From a bacterium (GTDB lineage: Bacteria; Actinomycetota; Coriobacteriia; Coriobacteriales; Eggerthellaceae): a DNA stretch of 38,710 nt. This document shows, piece by piece, positions 1-7,257 of this stretch (within the stretch, counting starts at the first letter, position 1; every line of letters begins with the position of its first letter). Both the position numbers and the translations under genes were made by a program. Below the pieces are notes generated by a model. The model was given only the letters and a program-made list of their open reading frames with translations. It did not search any database and was not told the origin of the DNA. Where the stretch lies: the NCBI GenBank assembly GCA_963607675.1, contig CAVDDI010000001.1, positions 1 through 38,710 on the forward strand, in the 5' to 3' direction.

Positions 1-291
1 GGGGATGTAGGCGATGTGGGCCTTCCCGAAGAACGGAACCAGGTGATGCTCGCACATGGAGTAGAACGGGATATCGTGCACGATGACCATCTCGTTGTGG
101 TGCTCGTCGAAGAGCGTCTCGAAATGGACGGCAGGGTCTTGGTGCAGGCCGGCGAAGCATTCCTGGTACATGCGTGCCACGCGTGCCGGGGTCTCAAGGA
201 GCCCCTCACGGCTAGGGTTTTCCCCCACACCCTCCAAGATCAGGCGAACACCTTGCTCGATCTTGCTCAAGTCCATTTCGTTGTCTGCCAT
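1..291 (-). CDS. folE: GTP cyclohydrolase I, 5' part (runs off the window edge; not in the ORF track)
   Basis: Manual minus-strand translation from ATG at 291: [46 protein letters not shown]...[24 protein letters not shown]. Contains the FolE REGLxxTPxRV and SMCEHH motifs. GGAAGG RBS upstream. Confidence 0.95.
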   Translation of the reverse strand, partial: MADNEMDLSKIEQGVRLILEGVGENPSREGLLETPARVARMYQECFAGLHQDPAVHFETLFDEHHNEMVIVHDIPFYSMCEHHLVPFFGKAHIAYIP

Positions 292-326
292 CGTTGCCTT
301 CCAGCCAGTTGAAAACGTATCGCACC

Positions 327-332
327 ATTGTA
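327..332 (-). promoter_or_regulatory. Putative -10 element (TACAAT) for folE
   Basis: Minus strand reads gcggTACAATggtg, about 35 nt upstream of the folE ATG. No clear -35. Confidence 0.5.
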
Positions 333-350
333 CCGCTATTGGGATAGATG

Positions 351-383
351 GGCGCCCGACCACACGGCGCCCGACCACACGGC
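351..383. repeat. 15-bp tandem repeat (GGCGCCCGACCACAC x2 plus GGC)
   Basis: 351-365 and 366-380 are identical; lies in the xth-folE intergenic region. Confidence 0.9.
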
Positions 384-435
384 ACGCGGAAACCGGAGCA
401 GCCGCTTGAGGACAGCCTCCTACGCGCGCAGCGAC

Positions 436-1221
436 CTACAGATCCAGCTCAAGCGAAACCGGGCAATGGTCCGAGCCCATGATCTCGGAATAGATATTGG
501 CCATCTGCACCTGGGGCCGCAGCGCCTCGCTTACCAGGAAGTAGTCTATACGCCAACCGGCGTTGTTGGCCCGCGCATGGAAGCGGTAGCTCCACCACGA
601 ATACGCCCCTTCGGTGGTGGGGTTCAGGGCGCGGAAGGTGTCCACGAACCCGGCATCGAGCAGGTCGGTGAACTTGGCGCGCTCCTCGTCGGAGAAGCCG
701 GGGTTCCCGCGGTTCGTGCGCGGATTCTTCAGGTCTATCTCCTGATGGGCCACGTTGAAATCGCCGCACATGACCACAGGCTTCTCATTGCCCGCCGCCC
801 CACCGGGAAGCACGCCCCGCTCAAGGTTCTTGCACATCTCGCGGAAGGCGTCGTCCCAGGCCATACGATGGTCAAGGCGTGCCAGCTCGGACTGGGCGTT
901 GGGCGTGTACACATCCACGAACCAATACTTGGCGAACTCGCACAGCACCACGCGGCCCTCGGTGTCCAATTCCGGGATGCCCACCTCATGCAGAACCTGC
1001 AGGGGCTCTTCCTTGCAGAACACCGCCGTGCCCGAATAGCCCTTGCGCTCAGCGTAGCTCCAGAACTGATGGTAACCGGGAAGGTCCATCTGTATCTGGC
1101 CTTCCTGCAGCTTGGTTTCCTGCAAGGCGAACACATCGGCATCAAGCTCGGCGAAGGCGTCCATGAAGCCCTTCTTCATAACGGCGCGCAGGCCGTTCAC
1201 ATTCCAAGACACCAGCCTCAT
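436..1221 (-). CDS. xth: Exodeoxyribonuclease III / AP endonuclease
   Basis: SWNVNGLRA, LQETK, GYSG, GDFNVAH, GWRIDY and GSDHCP motifs; AGGAGG RBS. Confidence 0.96.
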   Translation of the reverse strand: MRLVSWNVNGLRAVMKKGFMDAFAELDADVFALQETKLQEGQIQMDLPGYHQFWSYAERKGYSGTAVFCKEEPLQVLHEVGIPELDTEGRVVLCEFAKYWFVDVYTPNAQSELARLDHRMAWDDAFREMCKNLERGVLPGGAAGNEKPVVMCGDFNVAHQEIDLKNPRTNRGNPGFSDEERAKFTDLLDAGFVDTFRALNPTTEGAYSWWSYRFHARANNAGWRIDYFLVSEALRPQVQMANIYSEIMGSDHCPVSLELDL

Positions 1222-1271
1222 GAAAACCTCCTGGGAATCTAGAATGGGCGGTTTCGCCCGATTGAACGAAC

Positions 1272-1301
1272 AAGGCGGCCACCGTTTCCGGCAGCCGCCT
1301 T
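1272..1301 (-). terminator. GC-rich hairpin, terminator-like or mRNA stabiliser
   Basis: Minus strand AAGGCGGCUGCCG-GAAA-CGGUGGCCGCCUU followed by GUU; weak U tail. Confidence 0.5.
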
Positions 1302-1393
1302 AAGGCAAGGCGCACTAGGCGCCCGGGAGCGCTTTCCCTGCCCAGAGCCGCCTAGCTTAGGCAGGGGCAACGCTGCAGCCGGGGTGCTTCCGC

Positions 1394-2008
1394 CTACTTC
1401 TTCTTGCGAGCCTTCTTCTCTGCCTGGCGCACGGCCTTGTTGTAGCCCTGCTCACGCAGCGGGCGCAGCTGCTTGGTGTCGATGCGCATGCCGAAGAAGA
1501 AGAACAGCCAGGCAACGATCATCAGGCCGATGGAGATAACCGGCTGTTGGGGAATGACCAGGGAAAGGATGATGGCCACGATCATGCCCGCGAAGCCGAT
1601 GCCCGAAAGGAGCATGCGGCGACGGTTCAGGCGCTTGAACTCCTCGGTGTCGGGGACGAAGCGGTTGATCTCGCGGTTGCGCTGGCGGGCAGCCGACTTG
1701 CCCTGCTTTTCCAGGTCCTTGTTGTGCTTGCGGGCAGCCTGCTGCTCTTCCTTGGAAAGGGGTTCGGCCTTGGCTGCCTTGGCAGGCTTTTCCTTTGCGG
1801 GAGCCGCCTTCTTGGCAGGCGCGGCCTTGGTGGCCGACCCAGTGCTCTTCGAGCCGCCGAACAGGCCCTTCTTCTCGGGCTTGGACGAAGCGGTGCGCAC
1901 CGAGGAAGCCGCCTTGCTAACCGGCTTGGCAGATGCCGCGCTCTTGCGCGTGGTGCCCTGCGGCTTGTTGGTGGTGTAACGCTCGTTCATCGGGTTTCGT
2001 TGAGACAT
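1394..2008 (-). CDS. Hypothetical membrane protein with Lys/Ala-rich basic N-terminus and two C-terminal TM helices
   Basis: 204-aa ORF with AAGGAG RBS. Hydrophobic segments LLSGIGFAGMIVAIILSLVI and ISIGLMIVAWLFFFFGM. Closely follows purC. Confidence 0.85.
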   Translation of the reverse strand: MSQRNPMNERYTTNKPQGTTRKSAASAKPVSKAASSVRTASSKPEKKGLFGGSKSTGSATKAAPAKKAAPAKEKPAKAAKAEPLSKEEQQAARKHNKDLEKQGKSAARQRNREINRFVPDTEEFKRLNRRRMLLSGIGFAGMIVAIILSLVIPQQPVISIGLMIVAWLFFFFGMRIDTKQLRPLREQGYNKAVRQAEKKARKKK

Positions 2009-2056
2009 CCCTGGGTTCTCCTTGTAGTTGCTGTGTTCGGTGGGCGCAGAAGATGC

Positions 2057-2932
2057 TTACTGGGCGACGAACGTCTTGCCTGTGATCTTCTCGTAAGCCT
2101 GAATGTACTTCTCGCTGGTCTTCTTGATAACCTCTTCGGGCATGCGGGGCGGGTTGCCCTGGCGATCCCAGTTCTCGTTGAGCCAGTTGCGCACGAACTG
2201 CTTGTCGAAGCTGGGCTGCTCTTCGCCTACCTTGTAGGTATCCGCCGACCAGAAGCGGGAAGAGTCGGGGGTAAGGACCTCGTCGCCCAAGATGATCTTG
2301 CCGTCGTACACGCCGAACTCGAACTTGGTGTCGGCGATGATGATGCCGCGCTCGCGGGCATGCTCGGCAGCGGTCTCGTACACCTTGATGGTGAGGTCGC
2401 GGATGGCCTCGGCGTTTTCCTGGCCGATGAGCTCAACCGTCTTGGCGAAGCTGATGTTCTCATCATGGTCGCCGATCTCGGCCTTCGTGGAGGGGGTGAA
2501 GATGGTCTCGGGCAGCTTGGAGGAGTTCACCAGGCCCTCGGGCAGCTTGATGCCGCAGACGGAGCCCGTTTTCTGGTAGTCCTTCAGGCCGGAACCGGTA
2601 AGGTAACCGCGGACGATGCACTCGATGGGGAACATCTCGGCCTTCTTCACCAGCATGAAACGGCCGGCCAGCTGGCTGGCATAGGGCTTGAACCGCTCGG
2701 GCAGGTCGGCAACATCAGCGGAGATAAGGTGGTTGTCCACCACGTCGGACAGAAGGTCGAACCAGAAGCAGGAAAGCTGCGTCAGCACCTGGCCTTTGTA
2801 CGGAATCTCGTCTTCGAGGATGTAGTCGAAAGCGGAAATGCGGTCGGAGGCAACCAGGAGCAGCTTGTCTCCCAGGTCGTACAGGTCGCGCACCTTTCCC
2901 TGTGCATCGGGTTTGATGTCGATTACGGACAT
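2057..2932 (-). CDS. purC: SAICAR synthetase
   Basis: GKVRDLY, SDRISAFD, ECIVRGYLTGS, FTPSTKA, ADTKFEFG, DEVLTPDSSRFW and SFDKQFVR motifs. Confidence 0.97.
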   Translation of the reverse strand: MSVIDIKPDAQGKVRDLYDLGDKLLLVASDRISAFDYILEDEIPYKGQVLTQLSCFWFDLLSDVVDNHLISADVADLPERFKPYASQLAGRFMLVKKAEMFPIECIVRGYLTGSGLKDYQKTGSVCGIKLPEGLVNSSKLPETIFTPSTKAEIGDHDENISFAKTVELIGQENAEAIRDLTIKVYETAAEHARERGIIIADTKFEFGVYDGKIILGDEVLTPDSSRFWSADTYKVGEEQPSFDKQFVRNWLNENWDRQGNPPRMPEEVIKKTSEKYIQAYEKITGKTFVAQ

Positions 2933-3073
2933 GATGATCCTTCCCTATGAGCCTATTCGCACCTGCCTATTATGGAGCATCTTCGCAACGGGCGCAGAAA
3001 ATTCCATGCTGGGTAACGTCGATTCAATACGAGCCCCACGCCACAGCCCGAAACGGCATGGCGCGGCGGTGCG

Positions 3074-4558
3074 CTACGCCCCGAAACGGGGGCGCGCCGA
3101 CTTCTTGCGCTCGGAATCGGCGGTGTAGAGCGGGATGTAGATGGTGAAGCACGAGCCCTCGTTCGGGCGGCCCTCCACACGTACCCAGCCGTTGTGCTGC
3201 TCCACGATCTCCTTCACCACGGAAAGGCCGATGCCCAAACCACCGGTAGCGCGCGCACGGCCGGGGTCGGCGCGCCAGAAACGCTGGAACACCATCTTCG
3301 CCTCTTCAGGCGAAAGGCCTATGCCCGTGTCGCGAACCACGATCTGGCCCATAAGGTCGCCCTTCTTGGCCATGACCGTGATGGTGCCGCCCTCGGGGGT
3401 GTAGCGCACCGCATTGGATATGAGGTTCGCCGTTGCCTGGCGCAGAAGGTCTGCGTCGCCGTAGACGTACACATGCGGGTCGTACTGGAACTCCAGGCTC
3501 AAGCCCTCCTCGTTGATATACGCCTGATGGGTGGAGACGACCGCCGAGAGCATCTCGGTAAGGTCGACCTTCTTGCGCTCGATGGGCTTGGTGCGGCTTT
3601 CCAGGCGGGAGAGCTTCAGCAGGGCGTCTACCAGGCGTGAAAGGCGGCGCACCTCGGAGTTCAAGGTTTCCAGGCGCTCCTCGTCGGGCTCGAACACGCC
3701 GTCGATCATGGCCTCTACCGTAGACTGGATGGCCATGAGCGGGGTGCGCAGCTCATGGGCAACGTCGGTTACCAGGCGGCGCTCCAGCTTGCGGTTCTGC
3801 TCGACGGAATCGGCCATCAGGTCGAACATGTTGCCCAAACGTGCGATCTCGTCGTTGCCCTTCATGCCGGTACGCGCCGAGTAGTCGCCTTCCTTCAAGG
3901 CCTTGGCTGCGTTGGTGATGCGGCGGATCGGGGCGGCCAGGGCGCGTGCGAACAGGCATCCCACAACGATGGCCACCACGATGGCGATGACGCCGGCAAG
4001 GGCCATGGCCTGATACGACTTCTCGCGGAACTCCGCATCGGTCTGGGTGAGCAACGTCTCCGATCCGTGCACGCGCACGAACACCGTGCCCACCTGCTGG
4101 TCGTTCACCACGATGGGGGCGCTGGCAACGTTGCCACCGGTTTCCTTGGCCCCAACCTGACCCAACGCCCTATCGGGAGAGTCGTCGTAGACCACGGTGC
4201 CATCCTGTGCGCGCACCTTTATGAAAATAGAGTCGTACAGGGTGCTGGCAGAAGAAGCCGCGTTCAGGGCCCCGTTGTACCAATCGCCGTTCGAGCGCTG
4301 GTATCCCTGGGAAATGGAATCGGCTGTGGAATCGGCGATTCGCTGGATGTTCTCGGAGGTATAGGTTTGGAAGTGCTGTTCCCACACCACCGAGATCACG
4401 GCAATGCACGAAACCAACGTGATCAGCGAAGCCGCCAGGGAAACCAAGACCACGCGCTTAGTGAACGAAAGGTTCAGCCCCCCAAGCACCCGTTTGCCCG
4501 AAGCGGGCTGCTCGTCTTCGCCTTGCTCCCAATCGATGCTCTTGATCTCTGCGGACAC
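3074..4558 (-). CDS. HAMP-domain sensor histidine kinase (BaeS-like); start set to GTG at 4558
   Basis: Two TM segments, HAMP, H-box DVAHELRTPL, N-box NLISNAVRYT, DTGIG and GGLGIGL. GGAAGGAGG RBS precedes the GTG at 4558. Confidence 0.93.
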   Translation of the reverse strand: MSAEIKSIDWEQGEDEQPASGKRVLGGLNLSFTKRVVLVSLAASLITLVSCIAVISVVWEQHFQTYTSENIQRIADSTADSISQGYQRSNGDWYNGALNAASSASTLYDSIFIKVRAQDGTVVYDDSPDRALGQVGAKETGGNVASAPIVVNDQQVGTVFVRVHGSETLLTQTDAEFREKSYQAMALAGVIAIVVAIVVGCLFARALAAPIRRITNAAKALKEGDYSARTGMKGNDEIARLGNMFDLMADSVEQNRKLERRLVTDVAHELRTPLMAIQSTVEAMIDGVFEPDEERLETLNSEVRRLSRLVDALLKLSRLESRTKPIERKKVDLTEMLSAVVSTHQAYINEEGLSLEFQYDPHVYVYGDADLLRQATANLISNAVRYTPEGGTITVMAKKGDLMGQIVVRDTGIGLSPEEAKMVFQRFWRADPGRARATGGLGIGLSVVKEIVEQHNGWVRVEGRPNEGSCFTIYIPLYTADSERKKSARPRFGA

Positions 4559-4594
4559 GGGGTGCCCTCCTTCCCTTCGCCGCCCCAAACAAGA

Positions 4595-4635
4595 AGCGGC
4601 GCGCCTGTGCCCGATCGGGCCAGGGACGCGCCGCT
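4595..4635 (-). terminator. Terminator-like hairpin between response regulator and kinase
   Basis: Minus strand AGCGGCGCG...CGCGCCGCU outer stem with inner CCUG/CAGG and GCCCG-AU-CGGGC, followed by UCUUGUUU. Confidence 0.55.
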
Positions 4636-4653
4636 GGGATCAGCCTGTTTGCG

Positions 4654-5376
4654 CTAGTTGCTCTTCGTTGGATCCTCGAAGCGGTAGCCCACACCATGCA
4701 CCGTATGCAGCCACTTGGGGTTGCGGGGGTTGTCGCCGATCTTGGCACGGAGGTTCTTCACGTGCGAGTCGATGGTGCGCTCATAGCCCTCGAAGTCGTA
4801 GCCGAGCACCTTTTCCACCAGCTCCATGCGCGAGTACACGCGGCCAGGGTAGCGGCACAGGGTGGTAAGCAGCTTGAACTCGGAAGCGGTAAGGTCAACT
4901 TCCTTGCCGCTGACCATGATCTTGTGGCCCGAGATGTCGATGGTAAGCTCGCCGAACTCCAGCACCTCACGCTGGGGCTCGGAATCGGAGTGCACGCGGC
5001 GCAGCAGGGCACGCACGCGCGCCACCAGCTCTCGGGGGCTGAAGGGCTTGATAAGGTAGTCGTCGGCGCCCAGCTCCAAACCGATGATGCGGTCTTCGAC
5101 TTCGCCCTTGGCGGTGAGCATGATGATGGGCGTGTCGGAGTTGTCGCGGATGGCGCGGCAGACGCGCTCGCCGGGAACACGGGGAAGCATGAGGTCGAGG
5201 ACCACCAGGTCGAAATGGTGCTTGGAGAATTCCTCCAACGCCTCTTGCCCATCGCCCACGGCGGTTACCCAATAGTTCTCGCGCTCAAGGTATGCAGCTA
5301 CCGCATCGCGGATGGCCTTCTCGTCTTCGACGAGGAGGATGCGGCGGGTATTCTCGTTGTTGTTCATAGAAGTCAT
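4654..5376 (-). CDS. OmpR/PhoB-family response regulator
   Basis: Receiver motifs LLVEDE, LDLMLP, MLTAK, GADDYLIKPF; winged helix RTIDSHVKNLRAK...TVHGVGYRF. AGGAGG RBS. Confidence 0.96.
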   Translation of the reverse strand: MTSMNNNENTRRILLVEDEKAIRDAVAAYLERENYWVTAVGDGQEALEEFSKHHFDLVVLDLMLPRVPGERVCRAIRDNSDTPIIMLTAKGEVEDRIIGLELGADDYLIKPFSPRELVARVRALLRRVHSDSEPQREVLEFGELTIDISGHKIMVSGKEVDLTASEFKLLTTLCRYPGRVYSRMELVEKVLGYDFEGYERTIDSHVKNLRAKIGDNPRNPKWLHTVHGVGYRFEDPTKSN

Positions 5377-5481
5377 CGATGCCTCCTAGCATGTATCAAC
5401 AGCCCCACGGGCTTGCCTGCAAAAGCAGCGGCCTGAATGTGGGCGCACTTGATTGTGGCGCGCGCAGTGCCGTTTGCAATT

Positions 5482-5530
5482 ATTGTATCAATTGGGTTTC
5501 GGGCAGAACCAACAGATACCCAAATGTCAC
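5482..5530 (-). promoter_or_regulatory. Extended -10 (TGaTACAAT) for the two-component operon, with an upstream candidate OmpR-family site
   Basis: TACAAT at 5482-5487 preceded by TG. GTGAC-N6-GTATC on the minus strand at 5515-5530. Confidence 0.5.
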
Positions 5531-5591
5531 AATACCCCTCAGCATAGCCTGCATGGCAAATAGCAGGCTGAACGCTGTTTCAGGAGATCAC

Positions 5592-7088
5592 GTGCCCACC
5601 AAACGCAGACAGAACACACCAAGCAGGGCCACCCGTCCCAAGGTAGCCGTACGCGGCCGCACCGCGTCGGCGCGGCCATCGGTCAAGCAGGCCGCCAAGC
5701 CCTCTTTCCGTAAGGGCGCGGCTCACGGCTTCTCCACTTCCGCGCCTGGACGCACCCCGAAGAGCGCACAGCAGCCCCAAACCTTCGGGCCCGCTTTCGG
5801 CGAAGTTGCCAGCGGCGTGACGAAGAGCACCCTCGAGCCCAAGATGCTGCTTACCCGACGCCACCTTGTCATGGGTGCTGCCGCCATCGGGGGCGTTGCC
5901 GCCATCGGGGGCGGCGCAAGCTATGCCATCGGACAGCTGACCGGCGGCAAGGAGCCCACGGTGAACAGCATCAGCGTTGCCGAAGATGCGGTGGAAACCC
6001 TAAGCGGCTACGAGCAGGCAAGCTACAGCGACCACGTGAAGGTCACCGGCAGGTACAAGATGCCCTATGGCACCCTGGTCTGGGCCGACAACGACACAGT
6101 GGCCGCGTTCCTCTCACCTACCGATAGCGCCAGCCCGCTCAGCACAGCGGGGGTGCTGTTCCTTTCCAACGGCAAGAGCGTCACCACCCTGAAAAGCGCG
6201 CAGGGCACCGATGAGGGCTACGAGATCATGGACGTGCGCTGCAGCGAAGACGGCATGGTATGGACGGAGTCGAACACCTACCTTTCCTCTTGGCGCGTGT
6301 ACACCGGCAAGTTGAGCAACTCGGAGCTTTCCGCCATCACCATGGTGGACAGCGGTGATGCGAACTGGCAGATGCCCTCGCTCGCCGCCATAGGGCAGGT
6401 TGCCTTCTGGCAGGTTTCCCCCAACCAAAGCGGCGATGCTGCCAACGAGCGCTCGGCGCTGAAGGCCGCGCGGTTCGGGTCAAGCGATGTTTCCGTTCCC
6501 TTGACCTCGAAGAAGGCCTTCGCCACGCGCGTCACCGCGGCATCCGACGGCGTGGTGGCAACCCCACGCGCAGAGGCCACAGGCACGTATTACACGCTTA
6601 CCAAGGTGTCGGCCGCAGATCTTTCGATCGCAGACACCATGACGCTGCCCTCTTCCATGAGCCCCGACCTTGCCGGCTATGGGAAAAGCGGGTTCAGCTT
6701 CGGGTTCAGCAGCATTTACAGTTACGGCGGCGGCATCGCGAACCTGGGAACCTACACCCCACGTTCCGCTGCACAGCCCTACAACTACGACGGAAAGCAG
6801 TGGTTCCGCTTCGCCCGAACCCCGATGGCCGCACCCTGCTGGAGCGGCGAATGGCTCGTGGTGAAGTCCACCACAGCGCTATGCTGCGTTAATTTCGCGA
6901 ACAAGTGCTACTTCGCCATCGATACCGTCAGTGGTTCGGACGACTACGGCGAGCATTTGGTGTCCAGCGGCATCTGCGACTCGTTCGTGGGGCTTTCCCA
7001 GATCACCTCCGACACCAGCAGCGACGAAGACCACGCCCTTATCCGCGTGTTCACTCCCGTATCAGGCAGTATCGGCAGCGCACTGTAG
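5592..7088 (+). CDS. Putative Tat-exported protein of unknown function; start set to GTG at 5592
   Basis: AGGAG RBS before the GTG at 5592. LLTRRHLV twin-arginine motif followed by a hydrophobic stretch; Ser/Thr/Gly-rich, beta-type mature region. Only plus-strand gene in the window. Confidence 0.8.
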   Translation: MPTKRRQNTPSRATRPKVAVRGRTASARPSVKQAAKPSFRKGAAHGFSTSAPGRTPKSAQQPQTFGPAFGEVASGVTKSTLEPKMLLTRRHLVMGAAAIGGVAAIGGGASYAIGQLTGGKEPTVNSISVAEDAVETLSGYEQASYSDHVKVTGRYKMPYGTLVWADNDTVAAFLSPTDSASPLSTAGVLFLSNGKSVTTLKSAQGTDEGYEIMDVRCSEDGMVWTESNTYLSSWRVYTGKLSNSELSAITMVDSGDANWQMPSLAAIGQVAFWQVSPNQSGDAANERSALKAARFGSSDVSVPLTSKKAFATRVTAASDGVVATPRAEATGTYYTLTKVSAADLSIADTMTLPSSMSPDLAGYGKSGFSFGFSSIYSYGGGIANLGTYTPRSAAQPYNYDGKQWFRFARTPMAAPCWSGEWLVVKSTTALCCVNFANKCYFAIDTVSGSDDYGEHLVSSGICDSFVGLSQITSDTSSDEDHALIRVFTPVSGSIGSAL

Positions 7089-7145
7089 CAGATCCAGCAC
7101 TCCCTTACGCTGCTCGGCTCGCGCATGCCCCCAGGCAACACGCAA

Positions 7146-7210
7146 GCAGCAAAACGCCCCCACAGCACGGACACCGCAGGGGCGAAGACGCAATATGGGA
7201 TGCAGGGCTT
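7146..7210 (-). repeat. Direct repeat copy 1: duplicate of the purB terminator region
   Basis: Matches 12427-12493 apart from 3 substitutions and a 2-nt indel. Contains the hairpin CGCCCCUGCGG...CUGUGGGGGCG-UUUU on the minus strand. Confidence 0.95.
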
Positions 7211-7257
7211 GAGGCTTAAGATCGAATGCCCAGCTTTGCAAGGCGTGCCAGTTGCGC

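Noticed and set aside
351..383. Tandem repeat as a CRISPR remnant
   Set aside because: Units are 15 bp with no spacers, and there are no cas genes.
2933..3073. Purine or ZTP riboswitch upstream of purC (also checked for purB, purA and folE)
   Set aside because: Putative -10 elements sit close to the start codons of purC, purB and folE, leaving short leaders. I recognised no riboswitch consensus at any of the four.
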